Assembly (NCBI GenBank): GCA_964013445.1
Contig: CAXGWX010000003.1
Coordinates: forward strand, 1 to 50,196
Direction: 5' to 3'
Source: an uncultured Bdellovibrionales bacterium
Lineage (GTDB): Bacteria; Myxococcota; XYA12-FULL-58-9; JASMKV01
Length of the DNA stretch: 50,196 bases
The translations under genes and the position numbers were made by a program. The notes beneath the pieces were generated by a model, which searched no databases, was not told the DNA's origin, and saw only the letters and a list, made by a program, of their open reading frames with translations. This document shows, piece by piece, positions 37,383 through 47,333 of the stretch; within the stretch, counting starts at the first letter, position 1; every line of letters starts with the position of its first letter.

Positions 37383-39746
37383 ATGAAGGATAGATTGTAT
37401 ATGGCAGGGCGTCTTTTCGGGCTTGGTTTATGTCTTTTACTGGCCACCGGCTGCAAAGATAAGAGCTTGGCGGATGTGATTTGTGAACCGGGGGCAACAA
37501 AGTGTGTCGATGGCAATCGATTTTTGTGTAATGCCTTTGGTACCGGTTGGAGCCTGAGCCCTTGCGAGGAGACGGAAACCTGCGTGCCGGAGGCCGCCTG
37601 CGCTGACGATCCGGAAAATTGTGCCGGGGAATGCAAACTTGTAATTTGCGAGCCAAATAAGCGCTATTGTGCCAGTGATAACATCTCGGTTTTACAGTGT
37701 GATGAGACCGGTACATCCAATCTTGCCTGCGGTTCCTGTGCGGTGCCACCGATCAATGGTCTTTGCTACGATGGGGAGTGTGTGGCCCTGTGTCCAGGCG
37801 AGCAAAAAAGTTATTTAGGCTGTGAGTATTATGCGGCGGATTTAGACAATGCCTATGTGGCCCAGTGTCAATCTGATGGGGTCGGTGGTGTGATTGCCTG
37901 TGATGCGGCCGCATCACAATTTGCCATTGTTTTGTCCAATCCGGATGCGGATGACTCAGGGATTTCAGCTTTTGTTACCATTACGAAGGGGGCTTTGACC
38001 GGCACTGCCTATAATGAATCCAACACCTGCGTTGGGGAGCCTGAGGTGCATGAAAACTTCGTAGCCGCCCATATTATTCCGCCACAGGGTATTATCACTG
38101 CAAAATTACCTGCCGGCAGCATCAATGGTACGGTCTTTGGCGAATTGGGTTACCGTATTGCATCGAATATTCCGATTACGGCCTATCAATTTAATCCACT
38201 TGCTAACGAGGGAACAAATTTGCGTTACCAAAGTCATTTTGGTGGGGCGGTGACATGCACTACGGATGCGGATTGTGAGGCGGACAACGATTACACCTGC
38301 CTTGAGGTTAGTGGTGACAAATTTTGTGCGAAATACAATGGAGTTTTCTCCAATGATGCGTCCTTGTTGATGCCTACCAATACGGCGGGAACCCACTATC
38401 TTGTTATGAATCGGCAGCAGACCTTTGATTCGCTCAAGGGCTATATCACTATTCTTGGGCTTGAGGATGAGCCAGCGGAAGTTACGATAACAACAACAGC
38501 GCCGATTCTTGCCGGGACCAATGAAGCATTGTTGCCTGCCCGTAACGCGGGGGATGAGTTTACGGTAGAAATATCCAAGTATGAGCTTTTAAATTTGGAA
38601 AGTAATGCGGTTGGCTCTGACTTTACGGGCACGGAGATTAAATCAACCAGGCCGGTGATTGTCTTTTCCGGTTCGGAGGCCACCAACGCGCCTTATACCT
38701 CAAGCTGCAACCTGGAAACGAATTCTTGTGATTATGGAGATGCGGTTTGTGATGCCACAACCCATACCTGTGACCCACAAACGACCGTTTGTGATCTTGG
38801 GATGGGCAAGTGTTTGCAGCTTTGTGATACGGTTGCGGGAACCTGCGAGCTTGATCCAGAGCAGAGCTGCACCCAGGACGCGGACTGTTTTACCGCCTGC
38901 ACCCAAGATTCAGACTGCGCCAAGGGATGTGAGACAAACAGTGATTGCTCTCCGAGTTGCTCTTCCGATGCGGATTGTCAGGGGTTCGTAACCTGCTGCG
39001 CTGATCATATTGAGCAACAAATGTTTCCAATTTCTGCCTGGGGCGCAGAATATTTAGGCGTGCGCTCCTATCCACGAGGCAATGAGAAAGATGTTTGGCG
39101 GGTTTTGGCGGCGGAAAACAATACGGTGGTCAATATCGTTCCCACGGATGTGGCAACTATTCCTGTGCTGAATAAGGGAGACTGGTTTGAGTTTGAAACC
39201 AGTGAAGACTTCTTTATCGATTCGCTCTCCCGTTGTGATTTGACGACAAATACATGTTCATACGATAGCTCGGTAAGCTGTGTTTGTGGAGATGGTGATG
39301 CGGAGGATTGCACGCCTGATCAGAAGTGCTCCGGATTGACAAAACCAATTCTGCTGGGACAGTTTTTGGCAGCGGAACATGCACCTAATCCAGGCCATCA
39401 AGCCGGAGATGCGGATATTGGGGATCCGGCTTTTATTCTGGCGGCACCCATTCGGCAGTTCAGGAAAGATTATGTTTTCCTCGCGCCGGACAAATATGAA
39501 GTCGATTATATCTCAGTTGCGGCGCCAGAATCGGCAACTTTGACCCTCGATAATTCGGTGGTGGATGCGGCCAACATTTTGAATTTAACGAACGATATTC
39601 CGGGCACCAGCTGGAAGGCTTGGCGTTTGCCGATTGCTGACGGTTACCATTCTCTGGTTTGTTCTGAGCCCTGTTCCTTAATGGTACATGGCTACGACCA
39701 ATATGTGAGTTATGGCTACCCTGGAGGGCTAAATCTTGAAGATTAA
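37383..39746 (+). CDS. Cys-rich lipoprotein with IgGFc-binding-protein N-terminal-type domain
   Basis: Lipobox LATGC; SYLGCEYYA.DLDN, AYQFNPL, SNDASLLMP, DHIEQQMFP..WG, GDP, SYGYPGG. Start is ATG 37383 or 37401. Confidence 0.85.
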   Translation: MKDRLYMAGRLFGLGLCLLLATGCKDKSLADVICEPGATKCVDGNRFLCNAFGTGWSLSPCEETETCVPEAACADDPENCAGECKLVICEPNKRYCASDNISVLQCDETGTSNLACGSCAVPPINGLCYDGECVALCPGEQKSYLGCEYYAADLDNAYVAQCQSDGVGGVIACDAAASQFAIVLSNPDADDSGISAFVTITKGALTGTAYNESNTCVGEPEVHENFVAAHIIPPQGIITAKLPAGSINGTVFGELGYRIASNIPITAYQFNPLANEGTNLRYQSHFGGAVTCTTDADCEADNDYTCLEVSGDKFCAKYNGVFSNDASLLMPTNTAGTHYLVMNRQQTFDSLKGYITILGLEDEPAEVTITTTAPILAGTNEALLPARNAGDEFTVEISKYELLNLESNAVGSDFTGTEIKSTRPVIVFSGSEATNAPYTSSCNLETNSCDYGDAVCDATTHTCDPQTTVCDLGMGKCLQLCDTVAGTCELDPEQSCTQDADCFTACTQDSDCAKGCETNSDCSPSCSSDADCQGFVTCCADHIEQQMFPISAWGAEYLGVRSYPRGNEKDVWRVLAAENNTVVNIVPTDVATIPVLNKGDWFEFETSEDFFIDSLSRCDLTTNTCSYDSSVSCVCGDGDAEDCTPDQKCSGLTKPILLGQFLAAEHAPNPGHQAGDADIGDPAFILAAPIRQFRKDYVFLAPDKYEVDYISVAAPESATLTLDNSVVDAANILNLTNDIPGTSWKAWRLPIADGYHSLVCSEPCSLMVHGYDQYVSYGYPGGLNLED

Positions 39747-39838
39747 AGGCTTTTCATGGTTGGGGAAAGTGGCCTGTTTTTTGGAAAATGAGCACTAAAG
39801 TGTTAGATATATTTTGATTTTTGGAGGGGAATCACAGA

Positions 39839-41323
39839 ATGACGCGTGACATGGCATGGAAACCTATGCGTAAGCGTTCGGGCCGATGGCGTGATGGGCG
39901 ATTGGTATTATTGCTCATTCTCGTTGCCGTTAACGTTGGCGTCGTTTTCTATCATGGCAACCCCTGGGAAGAGTTACAAAAGGAAAAGGAACCCAAAAAG
40001 TCTGCACTTGTCGTTGAGTCTGAGCAAACTAAGCAAAGAGAAGAGCCGGCTGAAGTAGAAAAGAGCCCGCTGGAAAAGCCAGCGCTTCCATCCATCGAGC
40101 AAGTGCCCGAGGTGCCCGAGCTGGCCTTAGAGGCGGTTGAAGAAGTTAAGGAAGAGGACGGAGAACCAGCATTTAACCTGCAGCCGCGCTTGGGGTTACG
40201 GATGCCCGGTAGAATACAGCGGGTGAGTGCGAATCGCTTAAAAGCTGGGGAGACCGTTTCCGAAGCCCTTTACAGGCAAGGTGTGGGACAGGTGACCATT
40301 AATGGTCTGCTCGATTCGTTGCGCACTTTAGTCGACTTTAAGCGACTGCGAGCAGGCACAAAATTAAAAGCCCGCTTTGATGCAAAAGACCAGTTGGTTT
40401 CTTTTGAGTTGCGCCCCGATTTATTGAAGCACTACCGCGCAGATTTTGGTGAGCAGGGCTGGGCTTCCGAACGTATTGAGGTTCCCGTAACACCGGTTGT
40501 TACAGAGGTTAGTGGTCGCGTTTCATCTTCACTTTGGGCAGCGCTGGCGGAGCTGGGCGAGGACCCAAGATTGATTGTTGATGTGGTTGATATTTTTGCT
40601 TGGGATATCGACTTTTATTCGGAAGTTTATGCGGGCGACTCTTTTAGTCTGATTGTTGAAAAGCGCTATGTTGAAGACCGATTTCTTGATTACGGAAATA
40701 TTCTGGCGGCGGAATTTATTTCGAACGATAGTGCGCATCGGGCTTTCTATTATGAAATCGAAGAAGGAAAGCCCGGCTATTATGATGAGGAGGGGCACTC
40801 CTTGCGTAAACAACTGCTCAAGACCCCTCTTAAGTATGCGCGGGTGAGTTCTTCTTTTGGGCTGCGCAAACATCCGGTTCTTGGATATACGAAAAAGCAT
40901 AACGGTATTGATTTTCTCGCACCTGAAGGGACGGCAATTTGGGCTTCCGGCGATGGTCGTGTGTTTCGTGCTGGCATGTATGGAGGCTGTGGCAATATGG
41001 TTGAAATACGGCATGCGAATGGTTGGATTTCTCAGTACTGCCATTTATCGAAAATTCAGGTTAGAGTTGGTCAGCGTGTGAACCAAAAAGATGTCATTGG
41101 TTTGGTTGGCTCAACTGGAATGGCCACCGGGCCCCACCTGCACTATGGACTTAAACGGCACGGCTATTTTGTGAATCCGGCAGAGCAGAAGTTTGAGCGA
41201 CTTGAATCTTTGTCTGGCGCAGCTTTTGAAAGTTATAAGAAGACTGTTGCCGCAACCATTTCCCGTCTCGATGATATACGTTACGCGGCAGATAAGCCCA
41301 AAACTGTTGGTGAAGAGGGGTAA
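39839..41323 (+). CDS. M23 family peptidoglycan DD-metalloendopeptidase (MepM/Csd3-like)
   Basis: N-terminal TM; FAWDIDF; SS.FG.R.HP, HNGIDF (HxxxD), YCHLS, TGPHLHY (HxH); GGAGG SD before ATG 39839. Confidence 0.92.
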   Translation: MTRDMAWKPMRKRSGRWRDGRLVLLLILVAVNVGVVFYHGNPWEELQKEKEPKKSALVVESEQTKQREEPAEVEKSPLEKPALPSIEQVPEVPELALEAVEEVKEEDGEPAFNLQPRLGLRMPGRIQRVSANRLKAGETVSEALYRQGVGQVTINGLLDSLRTLVDFKRLRAGTKLKARFDAKDQLVSFELRPDLLKHYRADFGEQGWASERIEVPVTPVVTEVSGRVSSSLWAALAELGEDPRLIVDVVDIFAWDIDFYSEVYAGDSFSLIVEKRYVEDRFLDYGNILAAEFISNDSAHRAFYYEIEEGKPGYYDEEGHSLRKQLLKTPLKYARVSSSFGLRKHPVLGYTKKHNGIDFLAPEGTAIWASGDGRVFRAGMYGGCGNMVEIRHANGWISQYCHLSKIQVRVGQRVNQKDVIGLVGSTGMATGPHLHYGLKRHGYFVNPAEQKFERLESLSGAAFESYKKTVAATISRLDDIRYAADKPKTVGEEG

Positions 41324-41326
41324 TTG

Positions 41327-43087
41327 ATGCGGCGTTTGCTTTGCGGTTGGTTTTCTGCCTGCCTGATCCTTTTTTCTACGGCCCAGGTTCAGGCTTTGAA
41401 ACTGCCCAAAAATGCGGATGAGATTGATATCGAGAAGGTCATTTCGCAAATGAGCTTGCGCGAAAAGGTTGGCCAACTTCTTTTGATTGGTTTTCCAGGG
41501 ACCCGTGTTACTTCGCATATGCGCTCCTGGATCAATGATCGCAAGGTCGGTGGCGTTGTACTCTTTAGTCGTAATCTGGTGGATTTCGAACAGACCGCCC
41601 GCTTTACCCGAGATCTGCAGGATTTGACCCGCGGACATATTCCGCTCTTTCTTGCTTTGGATCAGGAAGGTGGCAATGTTGTTAGAGTCAAAGAGGGAAC
41701 CATTTTGCTGCCGAGTAATATGGCTCTTGGGGCAACCCGTTCATCGACTCTTTCCTATGTCGCTGGCCAGGCTTTGGCGGTTGATTTACGTCTCATGGGT
41801 TTTAATATGAATTTGGCTCCAGTTTTGGATGTTAATTCAAATCCTAAGAATCCAGTCATTGGCATTCGTTCCTATGGCGAAAAGGCAGATCTCGTGGCGA
41901 ACTTAGGGTCCTGGTATGTGCGCGGTCAGCAGGAGATGGGTGTGGCTGCGGTGGCAAAACATTTTCCTGGCCACGGCGATACCCACAGCGATTCGCATTT
42001 TTCAATGCCATCTATTGATGCTGATCGAGCAAGGTTGAGCAAGGTTGAGCTTAAGCCTTTTAAGCGAGCTGTTGAAAGTGGGCTCGATGCAATCATGACA
42101 GCACATATTGCTTTGCCTCGAATTTCAGAGGAGCCTGATTTACCGGCCACTTTATCAAAAAATATTATCGACGGCCTCTTGCGTAAGCAGCTTGGTTACG
42201 ATGGTTTGGTGTTGACCGATGGTTTAGAGATGCAGGCCATTGTTCAGAGCTATGGAAGTGGCACGGCTGCGGTCATGGCAATTCAGGCGGGCGCAGATAT
42301 GCCCATGATTTTATGGACCGCAGACAAGCAGCGCGAAGTTTATTCCGGAATTATTCAGGCGGTTAAGGATGGAAGAATTTCGCAGAAGAGATTGGACCAA
42401 TCGGTACGTCGGATATTGGAGGCAAAGTTTCGCCGCCGCCTCTTTCATCGCGAAGTTGAACCATTAAAGAGTGTGCTGAAAAAAAGAAACCGCAATGAGG
42501 TGCACGCGCAGGTGGCTCAGCGTATTGCCCGCGAAGCGGTGACCTTGGTGCGCAACCGTGGTGAATTTTTACCTCTGAGCAGTGAAGATAAGCGTAAGAT
42601 GCTTGTTGTTGCACCACGCGGTGCTTTTGCGAAGGCTATGGCGAAGCGGCCCAATACAAAGGTGATTGCTCTGCCATACTCCATGAGCAGGCGCCGACGG
42701 GCCAAGGCTTTGCGCGATGTGAGTGAGGCTTTGCGGAAGGCGGATGCCTGGATTATTGCCGCATCAAATCGCTATCATATTGCTATTGGGCAGAAAGCCG
42801 CCAAGGCATTTCCGAATAAGCCCTTTGCATTCTTAAGTTTTGCATCGCCCTACTTTTTAAATTATTTACCGAACGCTTCGGCGTATGTTTGTACCTACAG
42901 TTATTTGAAAGACGCTCAGAAGGCGGCGGCGGCGGCGGTTCTGGGAGAGTATACAATGTCCGGCAAGTTACCGGTCACAATACCGGGGATGTATTCTTAC
43001 GATCATCGTATTGAACAGTCGCGCGATTTGCAGCCCCGCGCAAAACTCAATATTGAAGAAGAAATTCCACCCGCGTCGACACTCTAA
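41327..43087 (+). CDS. nagZ: Beta-N-acetylhexosaminidase (GH3, NagZ-like, two-domain, exported)
   Basis: DQEGG.V.R, APVLDV, KHFPGHGDTHSDSH (Asp-His dyad), TDGLEM; signal peptide. Confidence 0.88.
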   Translation: MRRLLCGWFSACLILFSTAQVQALKLPKNADEIDIEKVISQMSLREKVGQLLLIGFPGTRVTSHMRSWINDRKVGGVVLFSRNLVDFEQTARFTRDLQDLTRGHIPLFLALDQEGGNVVRVKEGTILLPSNMALGATRSSTLSYVAGQALAVDLRLMGFNMNLAPVLDVNSNPKNPVIGIRSYGEKADLVANLGSWYVRGQQEMGVAAVAKHFPGHGDTHSDSHFSMPSIDADRARLSKVELKPFKRAVESGLDAIMTAHIALPRISEEPDLPATLSKNIIDGLLRKQLGYDGLVLTDGLEMQAIVQSYGSGTAAVMAIQAGADMPMILWTADKQREVYSGIIQAVKDGRISQKRLDQSVRRILEAKFRRRLFHREVEPLKSVLKKRNRNEVHAQVAQRIAREAVTLVRNRGEFLPLSSEDKRKMLVVAPRGAFAKAMAKRPNTKVIALPYSMSRRRRAKALRDVSEALRKADAWIIAASNRYHIAIGQKAAKAFPNKPFAFLSFASPYFLNYLPNASAYVCTYSYLKDAQKAAAAAVLGEYTMSGKLPVTIPGMYSYDHRIEQSRDLQPRAKLNIEEEIPPASTL

Positions 43088-43098
43088 TTGGTAGGCCC

Positions 43099-44196
43099 TT
43101 GCGAACGTACGACCGTTATTTGCTGCGTGAGATTTTATTACCGCTTTTTGTTGGTCTGGGCCTCTTCTTTGTTGTGGTCGCCTTTGGGCAAGTATTAAAA
43201 ATATCTGACTCCTTAACTGGGCTTGGGGTGAGCGGTGGTCGTGTTTTTGAAGCGCTGATCTATTCTTTTCCGCCCTTAATGGGACTTCTCTTGCCGGTGA
43301 GCGCGCTCTTTGCGACTCTTTTAGGGGTAGGTCGCTTTGCTTCCGATCGAGAGGTGATTGGTTTTGCTTCTTTGGGAGTAAGTCCCTACCGCCTTTTTAA
43401 AGTTCCATTTCTTTTAGGCACATCTATTTCACTCATTTCTTGCTGGGCCATGGTTCAAGGTGAGCCATGGGGCATTCGCGGTTTGCGAAATTTGATGGCC
43501 TTTAGTGCCCAGGAGGCACTGGCTGGCGGAGTGCGTCCCGGTGAGTTTCATGAATGGGTATATGGCTTTACGTTTCGGGCAGAAGAAAAAGACGGTGATA
43601 ACTTAAAGGGGGTTTTGCTGGCGGACAGGCGGGATGCGGAAAAACCTATTGTTATTTCATCGGCCAGGGGGCGCATTCTTGGTGGCAAGAACGCGCAGGA
43701 CCTTATTTTCGATTTGCAAGACGGAACGATGTTACTTACGGATTCGGAAAAGTTGGCATCGCGCAAAATTTCCTTTGCTCAAGGGCAATACCGATTAAAT
43801 GTTGGCTCTCTGGTTGGTAACAAGGCAAGGACACTGCGAAAAATTCAGGAGAAAACATTAGGTGAACTTTGGGAGTTGTCGCTGCACGCACCGAAAGAAA
43901 AACACAGGCGCCAGGCGATTATTCTTTTGCATCGCAAATTTGCTCTGCCTTTGGCTGCTCTGATTTTTTCACTTCTTGCGGTGCCTTTGGCTTGCACGGC
44001 GCGCGGTGGTTCGAGGGCGAGAGGATTTCTATACTCGACCGCAATTGTTGGCGGGTACTATTATTTAGGAAGGGCAGTGGAGTTGTCGGCGCGGGCAGGC
44101 AACTTTGATCCAATACTCGCAGCCTGGCTTCCGGATCTTGTAGGTTTGGTGATGGCCGCAATCATGATTGTGCGCTTTAAAAGGACTTGGATCTAG
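43099..44196 (+). CDS. lptF: LPS export ABC transporter permease LptF (LptF/LptG family)
   Basis: YDRYLLREILLP, GRFASDRE...F..G, LAVPLA, AAWLPD; 3+3 TM layout around a periplasmic domain. Confidence 0.85.
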   Translation: MRTYDRYLLREILLPLFVGLGLFFVVVAFGQVLKISDSLTGLGVSGGRVFEALIYSFPPLMGLLLPVSALFATLLGVGRFASDREVIGFASLGVSPYRLFKVPFLLGTSISLISCWAMVQGEPWGIRGLRNLMAFSAQEALAGGVRPGEFHEWVYGFTFRAEEKDGDNLKGVLLADRRDAEKPIVISSARGRILGGKNAQDLIFDLQDGTMLLTDSEKLASRKISFAQGQYRLNVGSLVGNKARTLRKIQEKTLGELWELSLHAPKEKHRRQAIILLHRKFALPLAALIFSLLAVPLACTARGGSRARGFLYSTAIVGGYYYLGRAVELSARAGNFDPILAAWLPDLVGLVMAAIMIVRFKRTWI

Positions 44197-44198
44197 TC

Positions 44199-45278
44199 AT
44201 GCGCTTAGCTCGATATTTTGCAAAATACTATCTGATGGCGATTTCTTTGACTTGGTTTGCCTTGGTGGTGCTGGTTGTGGCTGCAATGCTTATCGAAAAA
44301 GCTGGGCAGTTGACCAAGCAGCCGGAAGCAGTCACCACTGCGCTGAAGTTAGCGCTCCTGAATGCACTGCCTTTTGGTTATCAGATGCTGCCTCTGGCTT
44401 GTTTTTTTGCACTTATTATTGTGGGCACATTTATGGCGCGCCGTGGCGAATGGTTGGCGGCGGAAGCGGGCGGCGTTAAGGGCATGGGACGCTGGGGCGG
44501 TTTGGCCTTTGTCACTTTGTGTTGTTCCTTTGGGGCTTACGCTGCGGGCGAAACAATCTTACCTATGGCTCTACATAAGATTGAGCACATTCAGCGCCAC
44601 GAATTAAAACGGGTCGATGCATTGACTCGATTTTATGAGCGCAGAAACCATTGGTATAAGGACGCAGACCATTATCTCTTTTTGCCGACTTTTGACCGCA
44701 AGAAAAAAGAATTTTACGAGCCTGTCATTTATAAAGCGGATGAGGGCAAGTTGAGCGAGATTTATGAAGGCCGTATCTTAAGAGAAAGTGCAGAGGGGTG
44801 GTTTCTTGTTGATGCACTTGTTTGGTCCGTGAACAGCCCGAAAGTAAAGCAGGTGGAGCGTTTGCAGGTCCACTTAAATGTTAGTGCAGGCAATTTGATG
44901 GATGTTACCGGTGACCCGAGGCAGATGACCCACAGTGAAATTCAGAGACTTATTGAGGATAGGGAAAAGGCTGGTTTTGATACGGCAATACACATTTTGG
45001 AGAAGGAGCAAAGGATTGGTTACCCTTTGGCGGCCCTGGCGCTTTTCTTTCTTATGTTGCCCTGGGCATTGCAGCCCGCTTTACGTCGCTCGATGGCAGT
45101 GAATTTAGGTGTGGGGGTTGTGATTATCAGTGTGCTTTTATCCCTGAGCCATTTTGTGCGCATGCTTGCGCTGGGGCAAAAGATTCCTGTTGCCTTGGGG
45201 GGATGGGGCCTAACACTCGTGTGTCTGGTTTTTATGCCTCTGTCTTATTTTCTCTATAGGCGGCGCTACTTAGTCTAG
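44199..45278 (+). CDS. lptG: LPS export ABC transporter permease LptG (LptF/LptG family)
   Basis: LARYF, MARRGEWLA.EAGG, second tandem paralog following lptF. Confidence 0.82.
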   Translation: MRLARYFAKYYLMAISLTWFALVVLVVAAMLIEKAGQLTKQPEAVTTALKLALLNALPFGYQMLPLACFFALIIVGTFMARRGEWLAAEAGGVKGMGRWGGLAFVTLCCSFGAYAAGETILPMALHKIEHIQRHELKRVDALTRFYERRNHWYKDADHYLFLPTFDRKKKEFYEPVIYKADEGKLSEIYEGRILRESAEGWFLVDALVWSVNSPKVKQVERLQVHLNVSAGNLMDVTGDPRQMTHSEIQRLIEDREKAGFDTAIHILEKEQRIGYPLAALALFFLMLPWALQPALRRSMAVNLGVGVVIISVLLSLSHFVRMLALGQKIPVALGGWGLTLVCLVFMPLSYFLYRRRYLV

Positions 45279-46271
45279 ACTGGCGAGTTTTGTGACTAAG
45301 TCCACAACCCGATTAGAGTAGCCCCATTCGTTGTCATACCAGGAAACAACCCGCGCAAAGCCGTCGCCCTGTGCCTGTGTAAGTAAGGAATCAAAAATCG
45401 ACGAATGTGGATTGCCGACAATATCACTGGACACTAAGGGGATCTCTGAGAATTGTAGAATGCCTTGTAGTTTCTCATTAGCGGCACTTTGCACAGCAGC
45501 ATTGATTTCTTCAGCAGAAGGTTGAGCTTTGAGTCGCACGACCAAATCAACGATAGAACCATCGGAGACAGGGACCCGCACCGCCATACCGTCGAGGCGC
45601 CCTTCAAGATGAGGAAGTATTTTGCCGACAGCCTTTGCTGCGCCGGTTGTGGTTGGAATAATGTTTTCCGCCGCTGCCCTCGAGCGACGAAAATCCTTAT
45701 GGGGTACATCCGCCAAGCGCTGGTCATTGGTAAAGGCGTGCACCGTTGTCATGACACCGTCATCAATGCCAAAGGCCTCGTCAAGAACATAGGCGATGGG
45801 GGCCAAGCAGTTTGTGGTGCAGGAGGCATTCGAGACGATTCGGTGCGAGGCAAGAAGTTGATCATCGTTCACCCCCATAACGATCATGGCGTCAATTTCA
45901 TCTTTGGGTGGAACGGTTAAAATGACCCTTTTGGCTCCAGCTTGGAGGTGTTTTTCGAGAGTTTCTTTGTCGCGAAAAATCCCCGTTGATTCAATCACCA
46001 CATCAACGTTCAAATCGCCCCATTTGAGGGCAGCCGGGTCCTTTTCATTGGTAATGTTAACGTGTTCTCCGGCAACGATGAGTCCGGTGTTGTCGTAATC
46101 CACATCTTTGCGAAATACACCCATCACCGTGTCGTACTGCAAAAGGTAGGCGAGGGTTTTATTGTCGAAGAGATCGTTGATGCCAACGACTTCAATGTTT
46201 TCGTTGCCGCTTAGAACACGAAAGACTGATCGACCAATTCGGCCAAAGCCATTGATTGCTACTCGAATCAT
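45270..46271 (-). CDS. gap: Type I glyceraldehyde-3-phosphate dehydrogenase (intact active site)
   Basis: INGFGRIGR, SNASCTTNC, TTVHA, IIPTTTGAA, GMAVRVP, WYDNEWGYS. Confidence 0.96.
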   Translation of the reverse strand: MIRVAINGFGRIGRSVFRVLSGNENIEVVGINDLFDNKTLAYLLQYDTVMGVFRKDVDYDNTGLIVAGEHVNITNEKDPAALKWGDLNVDVVIESTGIFRDKETLEKHLQAGAKRVILTVPPKDEIDAMIVMGVNDDQLLASHRIVSNASCTTNCLAPIAYVLDEAFGIDDGVMTTVHAFTNDQRLADVPHKDFRRSRAAAENIIPTTTGAAKAVGKILPHLEGRLDGMAVRVPVSDGSIVDLVVRLKAQPSAEEINAAVQSAANEKLQGILQFSEIPLVSSDIVGNPHSSIFDSLLTQAQGDGFARVVSWYDNEWGYSNRVVDLVTKLASLD

Positions 46272-47281
46272 GTGGTGAGCCCCTTTTGTTCCAGGTGCTC
46301 CATGACTTCGACGACGCGGTGCGCATAACCCCAGCCGTTGTCGTACCAGGCAATCATTTTCACGAGATTGTCTCCCATGGTGCTGGTGGCCAGGGAGTCG
46401 AAGACCGACGAGTGTGGGCTTTGCTTCACATCCGAGGATACAATGGGGTCGTCAACATATTCGATGAGATCTTTAAAGTCGGATTCCGCAGCGCTTTCCA
46501 CCGCAGCGTTGATGCTCTCGGCAGTGATGGGCTGTTTGGTGTGGGCTACCATGTCGAGAAGAGAGCCGTTGATCACTGGGACATTCAAGGTCATGGCGCT
46601 TACTTTGCCTTCTAATTGCGGCAATACATCCATGAGTATGTGGGCGGTGGATGTTTGGCTTGGAATAATATTTTCCGAGGCTGCCCGTGAGCGGCGCATT
46701 TCGTAGGAAGGGACATCTGAGAGGCTTTGGTCATTGGTGTAAGCATGTACGGAGGTGACGTGAAGCCGTTCAATGCCGAAGGCCTGATCAATAACTTTAG
46801 CGATGGGGGTGGCACAGTGTGCGGTGATGGATGCATTGGATATAATTTTATGCTCCGCTCCGAGTTGGTCCTCATTGACGCCCATGACCACCGTGATGTC
46901 CGCTTTGTCGGTCGGTGCAACGCAGAGAATGAGTCGCTTGGCCCCTGCATCAATATGCTTACTCAGGGTGGCATATGACATGTGTTTGCGGGTGGCTTCA
47001 ATAACGATGTCCACATTATGCTCGCGCCAATCCACATCACCAGGCTCTTTGCCATAGAGCATGGTGGTGGCTTTACCACGGGCAAAGAGTTGGTCGTTGG
47101 CGATGCTCACCTTGTGTGGGAAGCGGCCAAGAATCGTGTCGTAGCTGAGTAGATAGGCGAGATTTTCGTGGTCGGCGATATCGCTGATTGCAACCACATC
47201 GATATCGTCACGGCCGTGCAGAATTCGAAAAATCGAACGCCCAAGACGACCAAAGCCCATGATGCCAACGCGTAAGGTCAT
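46268..47281 (-). CDS. GAPDH-family paralog lacking the catalytic cysteine (probable pseudoenzyme)
   Basis: Full-length GAPDH fold (GFGRLGR, MGVN, VHAYT, RRSRAA.ENIIP, VSSD, WYDN) but SNASITAHC replaces SNASCTTNC. Confidence 0.88.
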   Translation of the reverse strand: MTLRVGIMGFGRLGRSIFRILHGRDDIDVVAISDIADHENLAYLLSYDTILGRFPHKVSIANDQLFARGKATTMLYGKEPGDVDWREHNVDIVIEATRKHMSYATLSKHIDAGAKRLILCVAPTDKADITVVMGVNEDQLGAEHKIISNASITAHCATPIAKVIDQAFGIERLHVTSVHAYTNDQSLSDVPSYEMRRSRAASENIIPSQTSTAHILMDVLPQLEGKVSAMTLNVPVINGSLLDMVAHTKQPITAESINAAVESAAESDFKDLIEYVDDPIVSSDVKQSPHSSVFDSLATSTMGDNLVKMIAWYDNGWGYAHRVVEVMEHLEQKGLTT

Positions 47282-47333
47282 GGCTTTTATTGTCTACCGA
47301 ATAGATACGGGAAGCAAGGACTAAGCTTGAGCT

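Noticed and set aside
46268-47281. Calling the second gap copy a pseudogene or epd
   Set aside because: The ORF is intact, full-length and translationally coupled, and Epd keeps the catalytic Cys that is absent here.
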